Notes: a model not told the origin generated them from the letters alone. 63,738 nucleotides of DNA, filler included, from Choristocarpus tenellus KU-1152 (GCA_964200185.2; 10 parts of 10 records of this genome joined end to end with filler, not necessarily neighbours in it); one strand, 5' to 3'. Positions 1 to 12,852 are shown, numbered from the whole stretch's first letter. A program made the numbers and translations.

Positions 1-393
1 ACCTCCCACCTAACCCACTCATCCACCAGCAATGGTGTAGCTGCTGCTGCAGCCGAGGCGCAAAAGCACACCCACTCCGAGGGCTTCTTTGATCCTCGTA
101 ATTATAACCTCAACACCTTTGCGATGGAAAGTTCTGGGCGCTTTGGCAAGCAAGCAGAAAGCTTCCTGGATGAGCTGGTTACTCACTTGGTGGGGGGGAG
201 AGGAACTGGAGGATACAGCAGGAAAGGAGCAGTCAAATCCCGGCTACGCCAAATTGTATTGGTAACTACGCAAGTGGCATTGTCCAGACGTGTCATGCGT
301 TTTAAGCTAAAGTCGCCAGGGAGATGGGCACGGAGGGGTTTATTGGATTCTTGGGATGCCTCCCTAGCTCCTCCCCCCGGGGTGCAGGAGTAG
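1..393 (+). mobile_element. C-terminal restriction-like endonuclease (RLE) region of a degenerate non-LTR retrotransposon
   Basis: Frame from base 1 reads SNGVAAAAAEAQKHTHSEGFFDPRNYNLNTFAMESSGRFGKQAESFLDELVTHLVGG. This matches the 'AA..E..K..HY...F..LAVESFGRLG...FL' end of RLE-type LINE ORFs. Confidence 0.65.
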
Positions 394-719
394 GTAGATA
401 GGAAGCACAGGAAGACAGTAATACAACATTGATAGTGGTGAGGTGACAAATAGAGTAGTTTTATTCACATTTATGACATTTTATTTCTTTAGGGCTTTTA
501 CTAACATGCGTATAGTTTTCATTTGTTTTCCCCCTGATACATCTACAAAATGCCAGAGGATATAACAATAAAATTTATATTATTTTGACCTCTGACATTT
601 TGCAGACACGTTAGATGGTTGGTAGCAAATTAATATTCACTGTATGCTTTACCATGTAACTCAACTACTGGCTTTTGGCTACAAGCCTTACATGCGCCAA
701 GTTCTTCAACACGCTTATT

Positions 720-965
720 GAAAGCTATATTCGGAACTAGTTCAACAGACACCAAAGTAGCATGGATCCACTCATCGCGGCCAGCTTTGAAATCCAAATC
801 AATCTTGCCATACCCCACAATGAATGGGTAGTGATGTGCTGTCAGCCACGGTCATGTTGTGGCCTTGTGGACATGAGGTGAAGTCATACGTGTACGTCAA
901 GTCTTTTGTTACACTCACTGTTGAAAGCACCCGAATCAAAACACCATGTTTCAAAAGCGCCTAAT
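720..965 (-). mobile_element. Ty1/Copia protease fragment, inverted copy of ~2730-2970
   Basis: Reverse complement aligns to 2730-2970 (GYGKIDLDF.AGRDEWIH..LVSV.LVPNIAFN). Confidence 0.75.
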
Positions 966-1761
966 GCAAACTCTAGCTAGGGGAGGCACAGCCGGATTGG
1001 TTTGGTTTGAGGGTATTACATCACCCATGGCCTCTGATGGGTTTCACACCAAACTCCTTCAGCTCACGGACGACAATTATGCCGATTGGTTCGCAACAAC
1101 CCCCATGCATTTCTGGGCGCAAAAGGCGATATTGATGAGGCATTGGAGTACAGGGAGGAACCTATCAGAGTGGGTGACATAGATTTCATCAAGGGGGAAG
1201 GTGTGGATGAAGAGGAGGTCACCAAAGTCAAAAAGGGATATGACGTCCTGTTATGGAGCACCAGCAGGTTATACAGGTGCATTGTTTGGAATGCAACGTC
1301 ACCTTCAGGAGCTTGGCAACAGCTACGTGAACATTTCCTAATCCACTCAGATGAGGAGATAGCTAGGCTTCAAAAGAAGGTGATGACGGTCAAGATGCCA
1401 CGGGGGTCAGGCCCCCAAGTCACTCTTACAATGATGTTGGACTGGGTTGGCCAGATGGCGATGATGGGGCTTGAGATGTCTGAGCCTGTGCTACAAATCG
1501 CTATGTTAGATCGTTTGGACGACTACCAGATCACTAAACACTATCTCCAGCATCATCATAAGAGTGAGTGATCGAGGGCAAAAATACAACAACCTGCTCG
1601 ATCGTTACTTCTCCATTCAACGGGAGGTATCGAATCGAGGAGAGCCTGTGAGTACTCTGACCGCAAGGACAAAAAAAAAAAGCTGGCTGAGGTGGCAGCC
1701 GGGGTACGACTGGTCATCGTATGGACCCTGGGACGACAGGATCCCGTTCCAGGGGGTTAAC
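966..1761 (+). mobile_element. Ty1/Copia gag (UBN2-like), degenerate
   Basis: ORF 1086-1571 contains 'IVWNATSPSGAWQQLREHF...IARLQKKVMTVKMPRGSGPQ...LQIAMLDRLDDYQ', typical of Copia gag. Frameshifts follow downstream. Confidence 0.7.
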
Positions 1762-2494
1762 TGTTGAAACCTGAATCGAATGCATCGTACATGTAAGCAA
1801 AATGAGTAGACTACGACTGAAGAGGAATCATGGTGTTGTAAAGCACCGTTGAGTAAAATGCGTAGTCTGTGTTATCAGTAGGTGTGATTATGCTGCAAAG
1901 CACCGATGTGTTTATTCTGTTGTAACTGAGGTCATTGATCTCTCAGTCAAGAATGATGAGATGTGAATTCAGTGTTCTTTCATGAGGCACTCAACGAAAG
2001 AAAGCCATGCTCTGTGGAGAGACTTGTTACCTTGGTTGGCAAGGTTTCTGAGGATGGTTTTAACTCTGTTTATATTACATCCAGATGTGTAGCTAGTACA
2101 CTTACCGTAGAGTGAGTTTGGTGCATGGTGAGGGATCAATGGCAGTCAAGAAAGAAATAATAATCAACAATCAACGTACAACTATCATCTTCTTCTGATA
2201 AGAAGAAAGAGAGAAAGAAAATCAAACAAGAGAACAAGAGAACAAGAGAACGAGAGAACAAACTTGAACCAAAATGTGATGCAACTCAAGTGACATATAC
2301 TATACTATACTTTCGTGTGGACCGCAGAGCGACTGTTCTGTACTAAGGTGTTCTGATTGTAATTGATGTGGTGATGATGAACTAGTGGCAGTAACGTCCA
2401 GAACGTAACAGACCAATCAACAGTCAGTGTTGACTGGTGGAACTGTATCGTATCAAGGAACAAACAGATGAGTAAGTAGCCCATGTTTTTAACA
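1762..2494. mobile_element. Solo LTR inserted in Copia gag
   Basis: Starts TGTTGAAAC, ends GTTTTTAACA (TG..CA with short inverted ends). Flanked by TAAC at 1758-1761 and 2495-2498. Removing it joins GSRSRGLT to MGRETCDKC in frame. Confidence 0.75.
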
Positions 2495-2498
2495 TAAC

Positions 2499-2990
2499 CA
2501 TGGGCCGAGAGACATGTGACAAGTGTGGATTGGTTAAACATTTCGGTTCCTGTACGTTTGGAGGACCGTGTTACAGGTGCGGGAAGATTGGCCACCTGCG
2601 AGCTGTGTGCCCCGAGAGGAGGGCAAAACCGTTAAAGTCGGCGGGAATACTAGCTGAACCAGATGAACCAGCTAGGGAGTCAAGGAAGTTCAAGACCATA
2701 TTAGCCATTGGGGCTAATAATGACAAGGTGAGATTGGACGCTTTCGAAACATGGCGTTTTGATTCGGGTGCTTCCAACAGTGTAACGAAAGACTCGACGT
2801 ACATGTATGACTTCACCTCATGTCCACAAGGCCACAACATGACCGTGGCTGATAGCACATCACTACCCATTGTGGGGTATGGCAAGATTGATTTGGATTT
2901 CAATGTTGGCCGCGATGAGTGGGTGCATGTTGCTTTGGTGTCTGTTGCACTAGTTCCAAATATAGCTTTCAATCTTCCCTCTTCACATTC
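2499..2990 (+). mobile_element. Copia zinc knuckles plus aspartic protease, degenerate
   Basis: CDKCGLVKHFGSC, CYRCGKIGHLRAVC (CCHC knuckle), WRFDSGASNSVT protease motif, VALVPNIAFNL. Confidence 0.85.
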
Positions 2991-3539
2991 TGCTGGGAGG
3001 ACTGAACAAATACAGGAGATGGGTGAATGTGATTATGATGATGTAATCGCCTGGATTGAAGGAGGATTAGCTGATGGCGACGAATCTGACGACACATGGG
3101 GTGGTGGTGGGGAACTTGTGGATGATGACGGGGTGGATGAGGCTAAGGACAGCCAATGTGCCAGGGATCTTCAAAGACTTGGCATTGGAAATGGTGACAA
3201 CAACAACACCCTTCCTCATCGCACAAGATCTGGTAACCATCAGAATAATTCCGCCAAAGCTGCTGTTTTTGACATGTCCATTTTTTTTTATGCCTTGTTT
3301 GTCTGTTTCCATAGAGACTACCCTTGTGATGTGTGCAAGTGATGATTCTACTATTTTGCGCAATATGTTACTCCAGATGTTGCCATGAAGGGAATGAGAA
3401 GAAAAGCGAGGAAAAAGATATAACACAGCTGCATTGGAGTATCTAATGCTTACAGGAAAATCCTTCAAATACACCAACACGAAGAGCCATAGTGATAAGA
3501 AGTGATCATTTGAAAACAAGAAATCAAAAGCCTAAAAAA

Positions 3540-3880
3540 TAACTGTAGGTGAAATAGCGAATAGACTCCCAAAACTTTCCACTGCGAAAGTGTCGAGTTT
3601 AAGACAATGGGGGTCAAAAGGTATCATGTTGTGGGTATGCTTCTGGGCATCAGCACCAGCAGTAGCGACCCCTTTTGTTTTGTGTTGATTGTTGGGGATG
3701 ACGGTCCCTTGCACCTATGCGAATACTACATCCAGTAGTAGGTAGGCCCTTATCTTGATAAGGAGTAGAGACTGCATTAGACAGTGCCCCCATCATGGAT
3801 ACCATGTATCCATACAGAGTTTATTGTGAAAGGGTTTCCATCCTCCAGGGTGTAAGGGACGCCACCCGCCTGCAAATGAT
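3540..3880 (-). mobile_element. Second degenerate RLE non-LTR retrotransposon remnant
   Basis: Frameshifted translation GGVPYTLEDGNPF..LCMD..GALSNAVSTPYQDKG.LLDVVFA...AQKHTH..FDPHCLKLDTFAVESFGSL, homologous to 1-393. Confidence 0.65.
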
Positions 3881-4251
3881 GCCCAATTGCCTGACCACAG
3901 GCGAGTGCTGCTCCAATTATCCTTCGGGGCATGTGTGTACTTGAGTGGTATCCAGATAAGGTCGTCTACGTCCACCCATCAAACAAGAGTGGATAGTGAT
4001 TACTATACCACCTGGAATTCTGAGGGAGGAATCGGTTTTGATGGTGAAGGGCTGAGTGGTTGCCCATATATTGTCGCAATCATGTTAATGATACTACTAC
4101 AACATCTGTTGGAAGTAGAACTCGACTCAAATTGGTTGGTAGCACACAATAGAAGCAGTATTATTAGTAACATAATATTTATTATTACGCCTTTGATAGT
4201 ATTAATATTACATATACTAACTGCCTATGTTCGTACACAAAAATATTTAGT

Positions 4252-4341
4252 TGATTTCTCGCGCACAGGCGAGCAGACAAGTAATATGCACAAATATAGA
4301 TGATTTCTCGCGCACAAGGGAGCAGACAAGTAATATACACA
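4252..4341. repeat. ~49-bp tandem duplication upstream of the carrier gene
   Basis: TGATTTCTCGCGCACA.G.GAGCAGACAAGTAATAT.CACA occurs twice. Confidence 0.85.
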
Positions 4342-4417
4342 TAGTTTGTCTGTGTGCCACCTAACTGTTTTCAATCTCTCTTCTTTTCCATCTTTCCAGT
4401 CCGATTCACGAAAAGAG

Positions 4418-7400
4418 ATGACTGGAGGGGTTAATCTGAAGCGGCGAAGAGCTATGCTCTCCGCCGTTGCAGATGCCTTGGCTGGTGCTCTTGGGAGTGT
4501 TGTTGCCATGTCGGTGTTTTACCCAGTAGATATTGCCAAGACACGGACACAGGCAGCCTCGCCTGTCACCCACTCCAACGGGAAAGAAAGGAAAAAACAG
4601 GCGCGCCGATTATTGCAAAGCCGAACGCTGGCTACGCTGGTAGATCTCGTTCGGGAGGAGGGACCTCGATGTGCATATCGAGGTGTCAAGGCCAAAACTC
4701 TCCAGGCGTTGGCTGGGAGCTTCGTCTACTTTTATGCGTACTCGTTCGTAAAGGTGAACATGACGTGGAGCTGGCGTCCAGTCCAGGCCAAATCGAGGGT
4801 CTGATGTATTTCGCCACAGTGCACAGTCCTAAGAAAATAGCAAAATCGAAAATAAACCTATTCGGGCGGTCTTCATTGCACTTTTTGCACTCCTTGTAAC
4901 TTAGAGATGATATCGTGTCATACTATCGTCCTGGTTCTGGCGAAGTGGGAAGTGTGTATTTGCAATAATTGCTTATCTGTCCGCCGTGTCTTGTCGGGTT
5001 ATGATCTGGACCACCGCGTTCAAAAACTTCCCTCGCCTTTGGCCTAGTCTGTCTCACTCGTTGATCTACCGACTCCAACTTTCCCTGTTCTATGTGGTAG
5101 GCTGCAATCAGGCGTCGAACTGGTGGAACTCTCCGTCCTTCCCTCAACCTCCTGGCAGCCGCTCTTGCCGGAGCTGTTAACATTGTTATTACCCTCCCCC
5201 TTGAGAATATCACTACACGGATGCAGACTGAGGTCCCTGTTCGATCCCTCCAAATCCACTCTGAAGGCAGTTCCCACCTCGCTAACCCTCATCGCCAAGA
5301 CGAACGGTACGGTGGAGATGTCGATGTCAGGGAAAGTTCACTTCAGGATAACCCATGCCGTAATCATGGCGAAAATCGCATAGCTTTTTGCTGTGGTCCT
5401 GGAGATCCAGTCAATGATGACTGGCAAAGCACAGCGACCGCATCCTCGCTGTCACCCGTACGTGCACTTGCAGCAAACGTAGTTGGGCCTCCGCCCAACT
5501 GCCGGGAACCATCACTCCTGACAGTTACAGGACAGCTGTATCAGGAGGGTTCAGGTGGGTTAGCACGTTTTTGGTGTGGACTGGTTCCGTCCTTGATTCT
5601 TACATGCAATCCCGCCATCAATTACACCGCCTTCGACATCCTCAAGTCGTTGTGGATAGCAAGGAGAAGTAAGAGGCCAGTGATTCATGAAAACTGGGTC
5701 CCCAAGAGCAGAATGAAGGGATCGGGGGCCAGGGTGGGGGCTGGGGCAGGGGAAAGACCAGATCCAATCGGCAGACCGACGGGTAGTGTGGAGGAGGTTT
5801 ATTTAGGAGCACTGGAGGCATTTTTCCTGGCAGCAGTTGCCAAAGCTGTGGCAACACTTCTCACGTACCCACTTATTCGTGCCAAGGTGATCTTAATGGC
5901 AGCAAAATCAAGGGGAGGGAGTCAAGGCAGTAGCAAGGACATCAGTTCTTGTACAGTTCCAGATTTAGACAGTACATCCAGGGGTCAGAAGGGGCAAGAG
6001 AGGGGAGGACTTTGTGGTAATACACCTGTGGAAATGGGAAGTGATGCAGATGCTGTTGCTGACCAGCTGTATGACATGCAAGATAGGACGGGGCGCATGG
6101 TTGGAGCAGGAAGTACCTGTAGCGAAGGGGGTAATGGCGACTTGGATGGCAACAGCAGCCATAACATGTGGGATATCATTGTTGCTATTTATCGAGAGGA
6201 AGGTGTTTGTGGGTTTTACACTGGCTGTGGTGCACAGGTGAGAGCGGAATGGTAGTTTGGGTGGCCACGTGGCCCTGACTTTCGTGGATGACGCCACCTT
6301 CAAGCTCTCATGGAAAAGGGATTCACAAATGCATGTTATTGCAACTCATTGCATGGTCAGTTTGTTGCGAACTTCTGAACTTGTTTCATGAAGAGTGTGG
6401 TTGTGACCCTGCTCTTAATAAAAGTCAAGCGCAACAATGACTCGTGAGTTCTGTTCAATGGCGCTGGGTATGGTTGTACTTACTGCTGGTCTTGCATTAG
6501 CCAAACTAGTTTGTCTTCGGGTGGCTGTGTGATAGCAGAACAACCAAGTGTGGAACTTATGGATGGAATTGAGGTTCACAGCGCACATTAATCAGTCTTG
6601 AGGCCTAGTGATCACATCACCCACTCTTTTGCATCCACCTTCTTGATGTGTGTACGTGAGTGCTAAAGTTGTAAGTGGTTTAAATTAATAGTTCCTTAGC
6701 GCTCGCCATATCTGTGGACATGGCTGGACTTGATGCTCCTACTGCATGTGCTCACAAGTGTGCACAGTTCAGTTGAAGGATAGATTCGAAATCCTTTGTT
6801 GACTCTATTCATCGGAGGTCATGGCGCCACCAGTACATGGAGCAATTTGTAGTGCAGTTATCAGAATTCTGAAATTTCTAGACCTGTTGCAGATGGTAAT
6901 TTGAATGGACTCCTTATTTTCCAATCCACCGGGGCCTATATACACACATGTGCCAAGAAGGAGTGAGAGGGTGGATGCGTGAAAAGTCCGCACAAGGGAT
7001 GACTGTTCAAAAACCGCTCTTGTTCCTATTGGTAGGTTAGTGTACAGTCAGTCGGTGTTGGGGCTCACTGGTGTGCAGGAATCCATATCTTGACATCATA
7101 TTTTGTTACTATTGATAGCCAGTGCGCATGGTAGTGGCACTACGGTGACTTGAACACTCTCTGAGCTATTGGCAAGAGAGTAGTAGGAACCTAGCTAGAA
7201 GTTCTCATGGGCAATGCTGTGGATGCCAGTTGATAATTTGTCTGGCATGTTGGGTTTTTTTCATGCCTGGTTTGCCTTGCTCCTATTGGTCAGCACGTCC
7301 CTTACACAGCAACACGCAAAATTTTTCATGTTTTTTTTTCAGCTTTGTTTCCTGAGACATTAAATGAGTGCCCTCCCTCCCTCCCTCCCTCCCTCCCTCC

Positions 7401-7778
7401 CTTCTTCTACAACCAACATGGATGCAGCTTCTTCCTCCTCCTGTACTTGGGTCCATACTCCCCCCTCACCTCCCCCTCCGTCACACACATTTCCATGCCC
7501 CATCTCCTCCTATTTCTCACACCATCTCCAAACCTTTGTTGTGTGTTGCGGTTCTGTTGCTGCTCCTGTCGCCCTTTGTCGGTGTATGTGGAAAAACACA
7601 CACACACACACACAAGCTGCTGCACACCATCTTGAAAAGCGCCCTCCTGTTGACTACAAAGGAAAGGATTTCCACACTGACGCATGCTGCTGTGGTTGGA
7701 GGGGTGGGGCGATACCTGGGCAACTGTCCAAAGCAAGGATGGATGGGGCGGAGGACATTCCTCTGCAGGCAGGTCTGA
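4418..7778 (+). CDS. Mitochondrial carrier family (SLC25) protein, peroxisomal adenine nucleotide/CoA carrier-like (PMP34/PXN/ANT1); 3 exons
   Basis: Exons 4418-4753, 5101-6237, 7617-7778 with GT-AG ends, all phase 0. Three carrier signatures: YPVDIAKTRTQ, LPLENITTRMQ, YPLIRAKV. Also NPAINYTAFD and C-terminal LLHTILKSALLLTTKE. Confidence 0.9.
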
Positions 7779-7925
7779 TCTTCCTGGGAGATGAGCCGCT
7801 TCAGAGGAGCGGACTGGGTCCAACAGGAGAGGGAACGTTTGGGGCACAGTAGTTTACGATTTGACGTATAATTAGATTTACCTTTCCGGACGAACCCCTT
7901 CAACCTAAGAGGTTTTTTCATTCAT

Positions 7926-7963
<38 letters not shown>

Positions 7964-10900
7964 AAGTAATTTTTAAACTTTGTAAAGCACGTTTTGGTGT
8001 GTTTTTTTTTCTTTGAAGATGTAGAAGAAAATCCTGAGTGTTTGTAACAATGCACCACGCAATGCATTGCCTTGTGCCCCTAGAGCGTTTTGTTCGTTTG
8101 GTGCTCTTACCATCCCTCTTACCTTCCCTCTTACTATCCCTGAGTTTTGTCTGTGTTTGTGTCGTGCGAAGGTTGTTTTCAAAGTGCACACGCCTTTCTG
8201 CCAGGTGTATGAGAACGTTTTTCGAATGACCCCTTGTGTACACGGTGCCACTTGGTGAGGAAGAAATGAGAGCATGACCTGCGTGACAGGACATACACTC
8301 CCACGTTTGATAGAGACGTTAGAGACCAGCAACACCGCTTTGCCCTTTCTTTGTGCCCAGACCCAAACATATGTCAATTGCTGTCACTCAGTCGAGACAG
8401 GAGTACATGCCATCCTTTTTTTCTTTAAGTTGTTTGTGGTACTACCCTTCTTTTAGCAGTATATATATATATTTGTCAGTTTTGTAGGTAGTTCAGTTTC
8501 TCAATATCACTACTTGAAGACTTCGGAGTATTTGGAGCTCTAGAGCTCTACATATTGTGCGTTGGAGTGCTTTCAAGTGAGCATGTAGTGTGGAGATGGA
8601 TGCATGGGGGATAAATGGCGCCTCAGAGTTGAACTGTACATATGACAAGGTCTCAATGGCGTCGCATCCCCTCAATGCATATATAGCTCTACTAAAAGGA
8701 AGTGTCAAGGATTGAGGAGGTGATGGTATTTGTTGCAATCCCTTGAGCATTTTGCTCATATCAACTTCTAGACCTTTAACCATTGATTACTTTTGTGTAC
8801 ATTATCCCCTGAGCTTTGCCGTTGCAGTGGTAGCTGGTGCTAAGAAACAATACTCCACTGTACCTACGTTTTGTATTACTTCGAAGTTTTGTTCAATGGT
8901 GAGTACATTGGATTACATCGTGAGGAGGTGCAATTGAGAACTGTGACCCAGTACGATAGCCGTCTTTCGTTTGCTCTTCACAGACGACAGAGAGGACTTT
9001 TTTCTACAAGAAACTCTGCTCTAGCCAGGGACCAACAAGGACAGTGCTTGTGTGTATTCTGATGAGACCAAGTGTAGTGCGCACACATGCACTGCTTGCA
9101 ACCAAAATTCGATGTTCATTCACACCTTGGGCAATGCAATATACTCGCATGACACAGTTAAAAGGCTTTTGGTGTTACATTTGACAAGCACCGTTTGGAC
9201 AACCGGCAGTATGGAGCAAACGGGCACAAGTTTGTTCTCCTTGACAGCAGATATTTTGGATCGAATTGGTTCAAGCATTTGTCCAACAGTGGATGCTAAG
9301 AGTGCAAATGGCACCAACAGTGTTGTCCTGGAGAATGGATGCTATGAAGCAAACAGACTTGAGCGTTCAATGCCGGAAAAGAAACGCGATTGGCGAGTGT
9401 GACGGATGCATATTTTCCTTGCAATGTTTCTTCTTTTCTACCGAATATGTTCTTTTTCTTTTGCTACATAACAGATCAAACTTACATATAATAGAACATT
9501 ATACATAAATGTGTGTGTGTATGTGGGTGGGGGGGCCTCTTAATGGAATAATTGTGGTGAGAAACGGACTCAATCATGAGGTTGTGGACAGCAGGTGTTG
9601 TAGGGCTGAGGGTGAAAATGGTTGCCCGGGTATGGGATGATACTCGCAAGCCTTGTCCTAGAAAATAGACATCATAGAGATACTGGAACCTGATAGATGT
9701 CCTGGAAACATGGGTTAGAAAGATTAAAGAGTCCTAACGTACTTTCCCTGTCCAGAATCAGTTCGTTGGGCAGGCTATATATGCACAAGGTGGTATCAAT
9801 GTTTCGTTTTTCTTTTGTGCATCTTGCACAACCAAGTATGAGGTTACCCTAACCCTAAATGATCTCACCTAAATCCGATGCCTCTAATGCAAAGCTGGAA
9901 GAAATGCCTTCCTGATGCCGTGGTATTTCTCGTTAACACAAACTTTTGGAATTGCCGCTGAAAAGAGGAAATAATCGATTGACAGGCTTTGTGGCCCGAA
10001 AAGTGTTGAAATGTTGTGGGTTAACACAATAAATACCACTACGAAGTAGCATTGAGTTTCCGCGTTTTTGGATGAGTGCAGGAAATTTAGGTTATATACG
10101 GTCGTAAGTATGAAGTGTCTTTGTACTCTTCTCTATTACAGCAAAAATAAGCTGTGTGAAACATTACTGGGTCATAGATACGCCCTCTGCCAGTGGGAAT
10201 ATGATGATGACCGTCATTCATTGTTTTCGTTCCTTGCTTTATTCTGGATGTACCCAGTCAGTCAGGAGTATTAACTACGTAACATACAGGTGATACTTTC
10301 TAAACAGTGGTGTAATAGACAAGCGCACCACCAGCCTGGGGCGAAGTAGGTCAAGGGATGAAAAGCCTGGTTTTAAGTATGCAAACCAGACACGAGTACG
10401 GAGTACTTTAGATAGTAAAAATATTTTAGAATCTACTTTTTTTAAGTTTACCATAGTAAAAACAGTACCTAACAACCATTTAAAATAAACCCAACCACAC
10501 TCACTTGAGAGTAAAAGGTGTACGTATTATTCGTACTTTAGTCCGAGTGCACAAGACGAAGTATCACTCAACCTCTTCATTGCACACGGCAACCATTACA
10601 GCGGTGAGTCAAGATCTAGATTAATGATATACAGGTAGGTAGGTGCAAAAAGTGAGCCTCTTCACTTCGGTGCTTGAACTTTCCTGCAGTGAAAATATAG
10701 CAACATGGGAACCAACTCTATATTACTCCCTTCACCCACCCTCTCCACATGCCATTCATTCATGGTTCAATGGGCGATTAATATGCTGTTATATCCACTC
10801 CTTGTTCTTGTGCAAACGTCTTCACAGTTACTCCTTCACAATTCTCATGTTCCTTTATTTCAGGTGAAGCTTTTCCCTTAAAGAAAATGAGATAATGTTG

Positions 10901-11127
10901 CAGCGGTTTGTACTCTTCTAGTATTTTGTGGAAGGACCCAGGCAGGAATCTGTTGTTACTTCAAGCAAAGAAGTTTGAAGGTAATCTTTTAAAGTACTGT
11001 ACTATCTGCACGTAAGTGATTACTTTCTTTGTTTATTCTTCTTCCTGGTGATTCCTCATAGTAGTTAGGGCAGGTCATCGTAGACACACCTATCATGGCC
11101 GGAGGGGATATTATCTATGATGCGAAT

Positions 11128-11385
11128 AACTGAAAGTATCTTAGAGGGTACGAGTTTTCCCCTGTTTGTCCGTTTGGGGCTTGGCTTCCCACAGGTATTT
11201 TATGACATTTTACCTTCTCCGAAACATTTCAGAGTAGGTAAAATATGTATGTTATGAAAAGGTGTGCCCAGAACAAGGATATTGACACTTCCTAACAACA
11301 ACGATAGCCAAAATTACATCAAAATCGCAACATTGGATTTTGTCATCAAATGGACGCGGCTATACCCTCTAAGATACTTTGACTC
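11128..11385 (+). mobile_element. MITE family A copy (TSD GAAT)
   Basis: TIRs (GAG)TGAAAGTATCTTAGAGGGTA ... TACCCTCTAAGATACTTTGACTC; GAAT on both flanks. Confidence 0.85.
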
Positions 11386-12686
11386 GAATCACATAATCAC
11401 CTACGTAGGTAAGACGTAAGAAAGCTCACACATGTTTTTTTTGTTAAAAAGTACCGTAATTTTAAACGCCTCTAAAGGTGTGGAGCCCCCCAGTTTTTTG
11501 TTCCTTTCTAGTGTATTGAGGCCAGGTGTTCGTGTTTAGAACGTTTGCGCGGAAAAGCGCCCACTACTCGCACGTAAGTAAGAGGAAAATCTTATACACC
11601 GTAAATACGCTTCTTTAAGGAGGGTGATGTGGCGCAATTAAAACATGTTGGGAAACTATTCCTTCCAAGGAATCTTAGGTCTCTTTCTAACGTTCGAGTA
11701 TCTTTTTTGAATCAACACGAACAAATAGTACAATTTGGAAGGAAGAACATAAAAAAGGTCTTCACATACAATAGAAGAAAAAGCTATTATTCTACTTCAG
11801 AAGTATAAATGATGCAATTTACACTCCCTTGAAAGTACTGAAGACCTCACCCTAACTTTAACCTAACCCTTAACCCAAAGATGTGACTCTAAACACCATT
11901 TCAAATGAGGGCACAGGGACTACACCCTTCACGGTCCCGTGAACGGCGAGTGGCAAGTTAGGTGTTGTGCGTAGCACCTGTATGTTCCCTTCAAAGTAGA
12001 GGGAGTGCATTTCAATCATGCAAAACACAAATCGTCTTCACACGTCGTTCCTTACTTCCAGGTGCTTCAAATCTCTTGTTGTACTGCAAAGCAGACTCCG
12101 ACTCACAACCCAAAAACGTTAGCCCATTCAACTATCACAACACACACACATACCCCATGTGGCACACACATGCATTAACACACCAGTCCATATTTTCACA
12201 TCGAAAAGGATTAGCAGTTCCCTCAGTACGCTGCACGTCATACACACGAGCCAATGCATTAACGCCTCCCATTTTGTCTTGTTTCTCCACCCCTACCGAC
12301 TACAGACACTACAGACTGCCTAAAACAAACACTCCCGGACCCTTGTCCTATCACACACTCAACCAATAAGAAGGTGCCTGCCATGCCTAGCACACAACAA
12401 GCGCCAAATGCCTGCAGAAAGGACATGATGCATGTTGTATCCATTGATAAACGGGAGGCACCAGTCCAGCCGTCGGCATCCGACAAGACAAGACCCACCT
12501 CACCTAACCCTAACCTTACTGCCTCAACTCAGCAGCCCCTTGTTAGGGATCCTTTTTAAGGGAGATCCCTCTTCCAGAGCAAAAAAGCCCAGAAACACTA
12601 TATCGCTCCTTTGAATATCTAGGTTCTCACTAAAAGGGGATTGAATCTTCCACATCTTTCCCCCCCCCCCCCCCCCCCCCCCCCCC

Positions 12687-12786
12687 NNNNNNNNNNNNNN
12701 NNNNNNNNNNNNNNNNNNNNNNNNNNNNNNTTAATTAATTAANNNNNNNNNNNNNNNNNNNNNNNNNNNNNNNNNNNNNNNNNNNN
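12687..12786. other. Artificial contig-joining spacer (N44-TTAATTAATTAA-N44). Others at 17745-17844, 21667-21766, 25863-25962, 33890-33989, 39943-40042, 44968-45067, 54662-54761, 58000-58099
   Basis: Identical 100-nt blocks containing a six-frame-stop linker. Confidence 0.97.
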
Positions 12787-12817
12787 GTGGTGGTTTTGGA
12801 TATTAAGCTGGGGGGGG

Positions 12818-12852
<35 letters not shown>

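Noticed and set aside
7345-8460. Many overlapping ORFs around (CCCT)n, (CA)n and (TG)n
   Set aside because: Microsatellite-driven open frames; only 7617-7778 is supported as an exon.
8490-9420. Exon-like segments and short ORFs
   Set aside because: Stops in all frames, no consistent splice chain and no recognisable motif.
12731-12742. Recurring palindrome TTAATTAATTAA
   Set aside because: Artificial linker in identical N padding. ORFs running into X residues and gene neighbourhoods across these spacers are artefacts.
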